Source: a virus (lineage: Duplodnaviria; Caudoviricetes). Taken from it: DNA of 40,328 nucleotides. The notes under the pieces are model-generated. The model did not search any database. It was given only the letters and a program-made list of their open reading frames with translations, and had not been told where the DNA came from. Location: IMG/VR virus record IMGVR_UViG_3300012665_000278, positions 1 to 40,328 of that record; one strand, 5' to 3'. The translations under genes were made by a program, and so were the position numbers. Of the stretch, positions 27,901-34,517 are shown piece by piece. Positions within the stretch are counted from its first letter, which is position 1, and each line of letters begins with the position of its first letter.

Positions 27901-30561
27901 AGCTTTAATACTGGCGCCATACGGCACCATATCGCTAAAGAAATAAGGATGATTACTAGGTTTATCTCTATTAATCTTTTGTAAAATTAAGTCAACGTGT
28001 TTTACTGTATCAGTGTCAACGCCTAATGATTCAGCTACCGCAATAAAATTGCGTTTAAATCTATTATAGTCATCTCGAGACTTTTCAATAGCCTTAACAA
28101 TATTATTAGAGGTTGACGTAATATGATATAAACTTAAACTTGCCGGGCCAGAGTGTTGTACAAACTTAGTACCGTACTGAGTTACATTTCCAACATCTCG
28201 TAAGTTACTAGGGCCTGGAAATGTTCCAGCAAACACATCTAGATTGTCAACAATACTGCTAACATGATCAATAACTTCACCTAGTGTAAAGTCGCCAATC
28301 GTACTGTTTAACGGATTGTTTTGTAAGTTAACTGGAATTTCATAATGTCCGTTGCTGTTAATTGATTGTTTCGCAAAGGCACGGATTGTTAATACATCCG
28401 AAGTTGTAATGTCAGTAGTTAGAACAATTTTTTTATAAACAACGTCGTCAACAATATCCCATTTATCTTTGTCTAATCGAATACCGTTAACATATACCTT
28501 AACTGTTAAGTCAGCTAGGTTGTTAATATCGTCAAAGATGTCTAAGTAAAAGTTATTAGTTAACTTAGAATTTTTATAAATTCGCAAGGCGGCTTGGGTA
28601 ACTGGAACTTTACACACTTGCCAGCCGTTAACATATGAAAACGACTCTGTTGTATTGTTAATTTTTTGTAAGAATCCAACGTTTGTAGTTTTAGTTAAAA
28701 CATCTGTAATGTTTTTATACTGGAATGAATCGTAGGCAAGGTCAAAGGTAAAAACAATATCACCAATATTGTTAATATTTTTGTAGGTTAATGGAAATCC
28801 TAAATTACTGTCTGTAGTACCTGAGCCTACTTTATATGAGAATATTTCTGTTCCAGAAAAAGTTGATCCGTCATATACTGATATATCGCCATAACTATAA
28901 CCGTCATTATCATATACATCAAACAGAGGTGATTGATTTAATTTTGTTTTTTGTTGTGCTTGTTTCCATTCGGTCCCATTGTACCAAAAAGTTTTACCTT
29001 GATTTGTTACTCCTTGCTTAACTAGAGCAATGTCGCCGTGCGCCGGTGTATTTTCTAAAACTAAATGCATTTGACGTACATTGTTAATTGTAGAAAAAGT
29101 AACTTTAAAAATTTTATTTCTTACAAACACATCTGTGTCAGCAGTAAACAGCACACGTTGGTTTTGTGTTAGCGGAATACCGTCAACGTTATAACCAATG
29201 CTGCCTTCAATGGTTGAGAATACATCTGTTGTAAAAGTATCAATTAGGTCAACGTCAGGAATAGCAGTTGTACCAAAGTTAAACAATCTTAAGTTTGCTT
29301 CGAATTCAATAATAGGACGAACAGCACGAGCTGTTTGATCTAAGGATGGTACTTTATCGTTAAATCTTGCGCTAGCTTCGATGGCATCTTTATGAAACCA
29401 TCTATTGTAACGACTCCATGGGTTTAGGTCGTAACTGGCTCTATTGATAACCACGTAATCTCGCGTGCCGGCAAATGCTGTAGCATCACTAAAAGGCATG
29501 CTGTCAAACGGGATAGTGTCAAATAAGATTGATTCTGATGTAGTGTACGCACTTACTAACTCTAATGATGTTTCATTAACTAAAGTAATACCTGTGCCAA
29601 CTCCTTCAACATAATAGTATCCAGTTGAATACTCAGCCGGGGTAACGTTACCAATAAATCGCACTTTCATTCCGTTACTAAGTGCAGTACCGTTAGCTAA
29701 CTTATATGTTTGTTTGCCTAATACCTCAGTGCTAACATCAATTGAAGTGTTTTCGTCAATTGATAATATTTGTACTACACCGCCAAGGTCAATGTCATTT
29801 TCACTAAGGTAGTAAAGTAAATCAGGTGCGCCATATGGTACTGTAAAAGTAATAGTACCGTTGGTTACCGCAAACTTATCAAGGCCGCTAGTAAGATATC
29901 GATCTTGTGAACCTGTAGTTTTAGTGGTTTTAAAACTAAACGGATTAGCAGGACTGTTAATAGTGAACTTATAAGTCTGACCTCTGTATAACTTTAAAGT
30001 TGGATTACGAACTAAGCCTGTAGGGTTAAACATATAAACATTGTTGTCGCCCTCGCTTTCAATCGTAACAGTGTATGAGCTTTCAATTTTATCTTGTTGA
30101 CCGGCAATGGCAATTACATCGGGGCCGTATGGTAACCAATAGTAATTTTGAAAGTTAACAAACTTATCCCAATCAATATGCGGATCCCAAGAATACATTT
30201 CTTGTTCGTTAACACGGGCATGATTAGATAAATTTCCGCCAAAGACTTCTAACTGATTAATATAGTCTTGGTAATCTTTAAAGAATGTGTTGTTACCTAG
30301 TTTGTCGTTAACAACCAGGCCTGGCTCTAACTGATATCGTTGTCTTAGAGTAGTTGCAGCGGCAATAAAGATATCGTCGCCGGTCGTGGCTTTAGCATTT
30401 TCTCTACCAATATATCCGTTAATTTTTTTAACGGTGCCTGGTTGTACTAGTTGATCAACAGTTGCTTGTAAAAACTTTTTATTAGCATCAGACTGATAAA
30501 ATTTTGGTAGAAAGTTAGAACTTTTTCTACCGTTTGCATTTGGGTTCACACTATCAGCCAT
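15928..30561 (-). CDS. Giant multidomain baseplate wedge protein (gp7 position)
   Basis: 4877-aa uninterrupted ORF, coupled by TAATG to gp6 and followed by a gp9-like gene, which is the T4 gene order. Contains GSGY..P.V.I...G.GA.A.A baseplate motifs, FG-GAP-like blades, CBM-like modules and Ig-like repeats. Confidence 0.8.
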   Translation of the reverse strand: MADSVNPNANGRKSSNFLPKFYQSDANKKFLQATVDQLVQPGTVKKINGYIGRENAKATTGDDIFIAAATTLRQRYQLEPGLVVNDKLGNNTFFKDYQDYINQLEVFGGNLSNHARVNEQEMYSWDPHIDWDKFVNFQNYYWLPYGPDVIAIAGQQDKIESSYTVTIESEGDNNVYMFNPTGLVRNPTLKLYRGQTYKFTINSPANPFSFKTTKTTGSQDRYLTSGLDKFAVTNGTITFTVPYGAPDLLYYLSENDIDLGGVVQILSIDENTSIDVSTEVLGKQTYKLANGTALSNGMKVRFIGNVTPAEYSTGYYYVEGVGTGITLVNETSLELVSAYTTSESILFDTIPFDSMPFSDATAFAGTRDYVVINRASYDLNPWSRYNRWFHKDAIEASARFNDKVPSLDQTARAVRPIIEFEANLRLFNFGTTAIPDVDLIDTFTTDVFSTIEGSIGYNVDGIPLTQNQRVLFTADTDVFVRNKIFKVTFSTINNVRQMHLVLENTPAHGDIALVKQGVTNQGKTFWYNGTEWKQAQQKTKLNQSPLFDVYDNDGYSYGDISVYDGSTFSGTEIFSYKVGSGTTDSNLGFPLTYKNINNIGDIVFTFDLAYDSFQYKNITDVLTKTTNVGFLQKINNTTESFSYVNGWQVCKVPVTQAALRIYKNSKLTNNFYLDIFDDINNLADLTVKVYVNGIRLDKDKWDIVDDVVYKKIVLTTDITTSDVLTIRAFAKQSINSNGHYEIPVNLQNNPLNSTIGDFTLGEVIDHVSSIVDNLDVFAGTFPGPSNLRDVGNVTQYGTKFVQHSGPASLSLYHITSTSNNIVKAIEKSRDDYNRFKRNFIAVAESLGVDTDTVKHVDLILQKINRDKPSNHPYFFSDMVPYGASIKAEINIVDSRVQTYPLTSVFNLTSLSTKAVIIYYTDVTTNKVTQLLHGKDYTFSDQGFVVITAPLAVDDLITIYEYDNTNGSFVPSTPTKLGIWPKYEPKKYLDTSLVTPREMLQGHDGSQVLAYGDYRDDLILEIERRIYNNIKVTYDPTIFDIRNIVPGYNRETPYSLSEFNQVLAPSFYKWTSYIDKDFTKPLSYDRNNSLTFNYRGHYAPDGRETPGYWRGVYRWLLDTDRPNICPWEMLDFSEEPSWWVDVYGPAPYTSDNLVMWQDLSDGVIRQPGVPPIRKASLARPFLIDKIPVDEQGNIISPLASGLSEGITTASTAGDFVFGDVSPIEASWRRSSHYPFSVLLAAMLLQPAKSFGTLLDRSRIVRNVAGQLIYSDTGLRVTPSSIKLPSIYSSTNNVYTSGIINYIVDYILSDNLRSYNSYIYDLQQLDAKLSYRIGAFTSKEKFNLLLDSKTPLSQGNVFVPPEDYNIILNSSSPVRKITYSAVIVTKLSDGFEIKGYSKSQPYFKSYPWIQSGVTINVGGISESYISWTTGSRYAAGKIVLYSGKYYRVRVIHTASTTFDQKFYEPLASLPVIGGREATLRRAWDRVDPVTVPYGTKFRTSQEVVDFLLGYGEYLKDQGFIFDEYNPALNAVTNWETSAKEFLFWTTQNWSSGEDKWTDWVAFNAYSFGEIVQYNGDYYRVIRNSEPSAIFTEDDFVKLDGLSTVGSSVISLSPAASRLSFATNLCVVDDVTNSFNGYEIFKVDGTPIEPDFLNSYRDDNAASYEPAGDDGIYGGSFYLVQKEQVLLLNNTTMFNDTIYSPASGYRQERIKVAGYVSTNWYGGFNVPGFIFDQAVIAEWESWKDYALGDIVKYKEFFYSASSFLVGSESFEPTNWIRLEGAPTAQLLPNWSYKASQFTDFYSLDSDNFDPSQQAMAQHLIGYQKRQYLSNIIQDGVSEFKFYQGMIIEKGTQNVFNKLFDVLSADNQESLKFYEEWALRVGQYGASSAFENIEFVLDEAVFKNNPQGFELVNSIDPNKIDFIARQTPNDIYLKPLGYNNAPWPLALTSAPYLRTPGYVRPDEVALTLSTFDDILTQDISQFANGDYVWVGFEGREWNVYRYTDANIGINDVSYDDTVKELTITTDKLTSLVVGNIIGITQVSKFSGFYKIKSITLNKLVVDADIVDFPDPFVEQDPMVVFVFTTQRAKNVYNEATGELVSLAIDRADELLPKVLKENELLWVDDAGQGKWSTWKFSPVYNNEEIANTVNANGLAYGRKVIINNEGVIAIVSNNLGELAVYDKASLASPWIQRQTITAPFISNTIAGSNATPDYLTGGVLALSADAEWLATGTPLANRVSTAYNDITWNEQDNDYTVGVIVSYQGRFFRSKVTHSPADHPLFLDQAETRLNLAYWKELEYVVAEPFQIGGTNSTKIQQGVVSIYRKDSNNIFELVDTIISPLPTDGELFGASLAFGENTLFIGATGANNEQGVVYELNYKTRTRVTTSYNPAGSSGPIVKVTSSVGIEPGMAIVGAGFNSGQVVISVIDSTTIRLNLQPDDLPVGIINFTSTGWGYGNILVSPEELPGNFGTSISISKDNSTLLISAPSESVNSLYLYKEINNEYVNIDALVGSSLEPEYGLNNSVSDDGLYIAVSSIYADLEKTDQGSVTIYKYTTTIVDNEPVSSYELYQQLVNPNPETAQFFGSKVAFMNNAKTLVVYSKNADSYSTITSDKYLDTYDSFTFTTSTGAQRTSKYVGNPASGTSATPTTFDNNITRFVTTAVNGGRVDVYDQYGTKWIFSESLKNENVDDAGYGEGFAVGANYIVVSAPYAEVNGIKTGRVFQYGKAPNTYSWSVIHSEIDKPDVNKIKQAFLYNKTTNKLITYLDVIDSNQGKIPGSADQEIKYKTFYDPATYSVGNSEVNVDDGMAWTTSQVGMLWWDLRTAKFYDSYDNDIVYRNSTWNTLFPGASIDVYEWVESKYIPSDWNSQADTEDGLANDISGQTLYGDDVYSRVQKYDNVSKTLKNTYYYWVKNKKTVPNVPNRQVSSQDVANLISNPRGAGYKYIALTSANSFSLVNIKPDLADANVVLSIEYWTVDKIDKNIHTQWKLISNNPDTAIPAKIEDKWFDSLCGKDIYDRVVPDTTLPIKIRYGVENRPRQGMFVNRFEALKQLFENVNSVLINKQITESRDITSLLSFDPAPSIISGLYDTVLDTDDELRFAGIGTFTSPSAIPVIVDGKIVDVTIINKGSGYLIAPYITVTGQGSGAKIRAVLGANGRISGAEIISQGSGYDATNTFLTIRNYTVLVKSDSQAGGNWSTYGYEPQTQVWSRIQTQTYDTRRYWSYVDWYATGYNQFTATDYSINTLSDLNTITAETGDTVKVLTSNNSGWMLLEKYAESNSVDWTQSYRVIGMQNGTVQFKSSLYQFADTQYGYDGTLYDVAIFDNVASKELRNILLALKNNILIDDLKSEFLNLFFVTVRYALSEQNYIDWIFKTSFVKVQHNVGDLQQHVTYRNDNLSDFEDYVSEVKPYRTKIREYISGYTKIDTAELSVTDFDVPPVFENGQLSNIVTNVIDGEITANSNAIISYPWKHWLDNVGFVVTEMNIVDGGSGYITEPAVRIISNSGSGATARAFIANGKVNRIVLSKSGQGYLSAPEIIIDGGLSPIGEPARVIATIGKSVVRSSLVKMKFDRITQAYYITNLQETETLVGTGSRLQFPLTWAPNSQVGKSTVSINGVDTIGVNYTLSIVKSTARGYTSYSGSIKFDEAPPSGATITVNYIKDWSMLNAADRIQYYYNPTTGELGKDLAQLMTGIDYGGVIVSGLGFDVSGGWGSLPYYSDKWDSFDGTFDDYIVSVDAGTSVFTLPYVPALDEKINVYHSKLDTISYVSDGITTGYNFSIYNIFPPQVHASKQTRVLVSPNNVAGSNIITVTNIPVTVAATGNNGDITVTVADNRGIYVGMRVTGQVGLGSGTVTVTDIFGNIIQLSVANDGAIDGNLIFTDITDTGTRGLKVGDVLTVTPYVLDTIGYNTKIVEIINSTDVRLDQILFKDVPAGSTATFTRELVSPTDFTPLASGTVQLTDPLPNQLVITIQAFSTPARIDDPAYVGTPLANKPDVVMPTWLGDGTRSQVNIFEYTPVNDRFTINDGDQFILRKSTSDGSIKPQDADYDTALSGGDLTYSSATGLRAEDIILDGDGFVTPTSSPAPEEVVPGQVVDTVAIKVYDKPQRGSANIKLDSYIGDGNEVNFSVSQQPNSPHAIVVKTQRGQRNIDGTIESISLILTDGVDYTYDYASNVVTFINTPAVGINIAIFSFGFNGSGILDLDYFIGDSTTTEFITKAPWLETVTSLVYVNGQPQSVELFQTDSSYENSDRIGIRFVVPPTVGALINFVIVSGAEQTFSVISSQKIVPSGTDTYSLTSQVGDALPSESNMIVRVGDNIIPGPTNIYFKIKGNQINYTVDPTKFLPYSVSSQNISVLIAGNLLDPGIDYNVDLSGITVRLNQLLRDTNIGAQLIVSVKQEQGYAYLPNPPRIKFTQAPALGQTVEIISAYKHDILDIQSTAVTITSDVVVTPNTTEFYTYTGLSGGYIVLDRPVIDDRYVWVIKDGKLLTPSIDFKVNSDKQSITLAILPSYNETYTLLTFSSDVLGTSIAYMQFKDMLNRIHYKRLSAAKQTKLTLDLTQTATTITVDDATTFDIPNRLANKPGVIEIRGERIEYYTLTGNVLGQIRRGTLGTGVPLVHKAGSYVQDIGASETVPYVDVSITETIVSDGTNIVPINFTPTKGLTDVTLPNYEPTGLVGWFNEYGFNLTASSNNNFDATYRPTVMYAKNDVVLYAGVYYVNNKSSTGILPTVTTNWSPLALPIDFGQSNDIEVFVGGTRLKKKPYKVHSITNHPESPEGDVQFDAEFSVNGEDNFVKLTVAPAFGTRITVVKRTGTDWDGKTTVSILDDENKVARFLKDSPGIWYNTIAKYEKKVATTFDNGAGTFDSSNVTMDQG

Positions 30562-33500
30562 TAATTACTCCCGTATGTTGAACTTGTAATATTTTGTTGT
30601 GCTGTTGATGTTGAAACAACAGTTGTGCCTGCGATTGATTTAATAACACTAGCAGTAATTCCTGAAATAATTTCTATATCGTTTACCGTTGCGCCGTTGA
30701 TAAAAATTTGATCACTAGCTGATTTAATTTCAAATAAGCCACCAAATCCTACTCCGCCCTGGCGTGGTACAATAACAAAACTTGAGACATCCGGTGCTAA
30801 TTGATTAACAACGTAAGTTGATAATTCTGTAAAATAGAATGTATCTCCAAAGTCCCAGTTTTCTAAAGCAAAAAACTGATTTATTGCGGTAATAGCTCGA
30901 GCTTTAATATCGTTATCACTAATCACTCGGCTGGCATTTTTAATAATTTTAAACGAAGCTTGTAATTCTAGTGCCGCTGTTGCGCCAAATAGAATTTTAT
31001 AACTTACTGGATGGTATACGATTTCATCGCTTACTGATTTAATTAAGTTTAGCGACGGTGCCATAATATCGTATAATTCGTCAGAGCCTGGAGGCAATGG
31101 TTTTGAAGTTGTTGCTCCAGATAGCCACTGTCTAAAGTTTGTATCATAATTTTTTGTCAATACATAAGTGTCGATAATGTTGCTTGCTCCGGCATCTACT
31201 CTTGACTCATAATCAGCACTGTGAGTATATTGGAACTTTAATAAATCTCGTCCTTGGTATACTTTATATTGTAAACTAACCGCAAGTGGATTTTTAATAC
31301 TGTACTGTTTAACTACTTTAGTATCAACGAAATAAAAATACTGTCCGTCGGTATATCCTGAAAAATTGTTTGGTTCAGTTGGCAGGATTATTAATGCGCC
31401 GGTACGGATAGCATCTGAATATTTGTAATCGTCTTGTCCTGTAGCAATCGAATATCTTTCTTGAACAATATATTTTGACGGATCTGTAGCATCAGGTGCT
31501 ACAATGTTTAAAAACAATTCAGGGTTATCAACAACGCCGTTGTCATCACTGTCAGCAAAAGTAACAATTAATTTTTTGTTATCAACATATCCGTCTAATC
31601 CTTTAAACTCTTCAACAATTTCCCATACTAAATCAGTAGTAAACGGTAGAGTACTATTAAGACTATTCAGATCAGTATTGATACTAAGAATATTAATTTG
31701 ATCTTTAATCACATTTGATGTACGGCTATCATAAATTTTGTCGTTGCCATCGTAATAGAATCGAATCTGGTTGTCACTTTCAAAAATATATCGTTGCTCT
31801 CTACTGGTAACGGTATAGTACTCGTTGTCAGTTGTGAATAGCAACATCCAGCTAGAATCTTGTTGTTGATTACTAGAGTCGCCTTGTTTTCCTAGACTAA
31901 AATCACTTGTTGAATTTAAATTAGATTCAAAGATAACTTGCCAAGTTTGTGTTACCGCATCGTAACGAAGGCCAAATGGCTTGTTGGCAAATATCAAATC
32001 AATCATAACAGTGATGACTGATGTGTCTATTGCTGTTCTCCATCTTGGAACAATTTGTGTTACAATAGCGCCTGCTGGGATAACACGGTTAAGTAATATT
32101 GGTCCAAAGCCTGTTGTTAGTGTACCTTTACCTGCGGCTGTTCCGTCGTCAGTTACTGATATAACCTCAGCCCATACCGACGAAGCAGATCCTGCTACTG
32201 TTGGTACTCCATTCATTAATTTATTCGATTGTGTTGTATCAAAATACTGACCGGTAGGAGCTGTAAATTTAACTAAAGATCCTGCTTTAAAATATTTTAA
32301 GTCAGTAGCAGTAAATGATCCAACTTTATAAATTGCGTTGCTGTCGTCAGCGGCACCTACATACCCTGTGGAACTATTGCTATCAGATGTTTTGTTGTAC
32401 CAAGCAATATCTAAGCTCGCAGTAATAAAATTAATGTAGTTTGTGTAATAAAAATTTCTAACATTTTTTCGTTTTAGTACATCTAATACTGTATTATAAA
32501 TTATACCTTCAATATCAGTCTTAGTAACATACGAGAATCGTGTTTCATCTACATATTCTTCTTTATAGATAATACCGTCATCAGCAAACAATGTAGTTGA
32601 ACTGTATTTGCCAGTTGGATCAATAAGATCAAAATAACGGCTAATACCAGAACTAGTTCTGTTTATAGATTTGACTTTTGATATAGCAGTGCTTACACTT
32701 AGCGGACTAATATTATAGTCCTCGCCAGTGATCATTCTATTCTGTGTATAATACGTTGCTGGCGCATTTGCTTTGATGCTTTCATTTGACTCTGAAGCAG
32801 ATGCGTTAGACACGCTAGTTGCTAACGCTAGACTAAGTGTTAGAGTTTCAACTTGACCAGTTGCTGACACATAAGGAACACTTATGCTTACGCTACGAAT
32901 ATCTTGGGTAGTAATAGTATAATCTAAACCGTTACTTATACGATAATAAGTTCTAAATGATCCAGTTGGAAGATTACCAAAGGTGCCATCACTAAATTGT
33001 AAGCTGATAAAATCACTTGCTCTAGTAACTACTGCGTAGATGTTTCTAATGTTTTTACTAAGGCTGTTATAGATAATATTGTTGCCTTCAAAGTTTGAAA
33101 CTTTAGTCCATAGGTCAGTTTCATCACCGTTTTGATCAATAGAGTACAACCACACATCGGTGTTATTAATGTTCTGAGCATCAACGTCAACAGACTCATT
33201 GCTACTTGGTTGTGCTATTGAAAAAGTACCAGTGTTAAGTGTACCTTGTACAAAATTTAAAAAGAATCCAGTACCTGCTGAACTTGCGCCGTGGCCGTCA
33301 TCTCTATAGATACATGCTAAGGTGTTTGTTACTCTTGGATCTTCTTCGTATATAAACGACTGCCCTTTAAAAGTAGTACTGGTAACTTCAAAGTTCATTG
33401 ATCGGCCAGCTACTGTCTTTGAGAATCCAAAGATAGGAACTCCGCCAATGTTAGACTCCAATCGATATTGTTCAGTAGGGATACCGTATATTATAGCAGA

Positions 33501-34025
33501 GTCTGCTGGGTTACCAAATTGCTGAGTTTGCGGCATTGCCGCGTTCATAATTTTAATAAATTGATCGTTCCAGTTACTGTTGCTCGGGTCGTTCCAGGTT
33601 ATTACCTGACCACTCATATTGCGGCCATTGCTATCAATAACATTTTCAGTAGTGGAAACTGTTTGAAACTTTAACAGTCCTTGCGCAGCCACGTTACGTT
33701 TAGCATTATAGCTAATCATACGTGCTAGACGTAATACGCTATCACGACGTTCTGCTAGTTCTAAAAAGTTTTCACGGGCATTTAAGTCAACGCGGAAAGC
33801 TATGCTTTGGCCCAAGAACGCAATAAGGTCAATTAGGGCAAGGTATTCGCTAGACTCGATGTAATCGTTAAAATCTTCTGGATAGTTTTGACGAATATAG
33901 TCAATCATAGTACGACGAAGATTCTCAAAGTCGTAACTTTGGAAGTCTGCGTTACGGAAACTTTGATACACCCGTTGCCAGTCTTCAGCAACTAATAATC
34001 TATTTTGTCTAGTCGTTACACTCAT
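30561..34025 (-). CDS. gp6: Baseplate wedge subunit, T4 gp6-like (enlarged)
   Basis: 1154 aa. DFENLRRTMIDYIRQNYPEDFNDY, ENFLELAERRDSVLRLARMISY, LQFSDGTFGNLP and ESNESIKANAP..YYTQNRMITGEDY are gp6/baseplate-J motifs. Adjacent to gp25. Confidence 0.9.
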   Translation of the reverse strand: MSVTTRQNRLLVAEDWQRVYQSFRNADFQSYDFENLRRTMIDYIRQNYPEDFNDYIESSEYLALIDLIAFLGQSIAFRVDLNARENFLELAERRDSVLRLARMISYNAKRNVAAQGLLKFQTVSTTENVIDSNGRNMSGQVITWNDPSNSNWNDQFIKIMNAAMPQTQQFGNPADSAIIYGIPTEQYRLESNIGGVPIFGFSKTVAGRSMNFEVTSTTFKGQSFIYEEDPRVTNTLACIYRDDGHGASSAGTGFFLNFVQGTLNTGTFSIAQPSSNESVDVDAQNINNTDVWLYSIDQNGDETDLWTKVSNFEGNNIIYNSLSKNIRNIYAVVTRASDFISLQFSDGTFGNLPTGSFRTYYRISNGLDYTITTQDIRSVSISVPYVSATGQVETLTLSLALATSVSNASASESNESIKANAPATYYTQNRMITGEDYNISPLSVSTAISKVKSINRTSSGISRYFDLIDPTGKYSSTTLFADDGIIYKEEYVDETRFSYVTKTDIEGIIYNTVLDVLKRKNVRNFYYTNYINFITASLDIAWYNKTSDSNSSTGYVGAADDSNAIYKVGSFTATDLKYFKAGSLVKFTAPTGQYFDTTQSNKLMNGVPTVAGSASSVWAEVISVTDDGTAAGKGTLTTGFGPILLNRVIPAGAIVTQIVPRWRTAIDTSVITVMIDLIFANKPFGLRYDAVTQTWQVIFESNLNSTSDFSLGKQGDSSNQQQDSSWMLLFTTDNEYYTVTSREQRYIFESDNQIRFYYDGNDKIYDSRTSNVIKDQINILSINTDLNSLNSTLPFTTDLVWEIVEEFKGLDGYVDNKKLIVTFADSDDNGVVDNPELFLNIVAPDATDPSKYIVQERYSIATGQDDYKYSDAIRTGALIILPTEPNNFSGYTDGQYFYFVDTKVVKQYSIKNPLAVSLQYKVYQGRDLLKFQYTHSADYESRVDAGASNIIDTYVLTKNYDTNFRQWLSGATTSKPLPPGSDELYDIMAPSLNLIKSVSDEIVYHPVSYKILFGATAALELQASFKIIKNASRVISDNDIKARAITAINQFFALENWDFGDTFYFTELSTYVVNQLAPDVSSFVIVPRQGGVGFGGLFEIKSASDQIFINGATVNDIEIISGITASVIKSIAGTTVVSTSTAQQNITSSTYGSN

Positions 34026-34044
34026 GATTCTATCCTAATAAATG

Positions 34045-34052
34045 TATTTATC
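34045..34052 (-). promoter_or_regulatory. T4-late-like promoter motif GATAAATA
   Basis: Intergenic, 19 nt upstream of the gp6 ATG, followed by an AGGA SD. Confidence 0.65.
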
Positions 34053-34082
34053 GAATAAAATTATGTGGGTAGTTTATCCCAC
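34053..34082 (-). terminator. Possible weak intrinsic terminator at the end of gp25
   Basis: Minus strand reads GTGGG-ATAAACTA-CCCAC followed by ATAATTTTATT. The stem is short and the U-tract imperfect. Confidence 0.25.
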
Positions 34083-34517
34083 TGAAAGCCCGTTATCCTG
34101 GTCAAACCGTAGCTGCATCGTCTGGCTTACGTTGTATGGCAAGTAGGTCAAAATACATTCTATTTGTATTCCAGACTCATAGGCAGTGACAATAACTTGG
34201 CTAGCTGAGATTCGAGGATCGTAGTTAATAATTGTATTCACGTTCTGAGTAATCATGTCCTGTAGTTCAGGCGTTAAGGGCTCAAACAATAAGTCCCATA
34301 TGATTGTTCCAAATTCTGGATTCATTAATCGCTCGCCTTGGCGAGTATGAAAATGATTTAATAAATCTTGTTGTATTAACTGAAAATCGTAAAGAGAAAA
34401 ATTTTCTGTGTTACTACTAATAGTACTAAACCCCCTATACATCTTAGGAGTCGGTGCTTCTAATCTGTTAGCAGGCTTTAGTGCTATTTTATCGTATAAT
34501 TCTGAATTTGAACTCAT
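34074..34517 (-). CDS. gp25: Baseplate wedge subunit / sheath initiator gp25
   Basis: 147 aa. LIQQDLLNHFHTRQGERLMNPEFGTIIWDLLFEP and IINYDPRI match the GPW/gp25 family. Confidence 0.92.
   Translation of the reverse strand: MSSNSELYDKIALKPANRLEAPTPKMYRGFSTISSNTENFSLYDFQLIQQDLLNHFHTRQGERLMNPEFGTIIWDLLFEPLTPELQDMITQNVNTIINYDPRISASQVIVTAYESGIQIECILTYLPYNVSQTMQLRFDQDNGLSVG

Noticed and set aside
15928-30561. Intein or intron explaining the giant ORF
   Set aside because: I recognised no Hint-domain splice motifs or homing-endonuclease motifs, and the length is accounted for by structural-type domains.
34038-34051. Inverted repeat ATAAAT-GT-ATTTAT over the gp6 late promoter
   Set aside because: It is short and all A/T in an AT-rich genome, so it is easily explained by chance.
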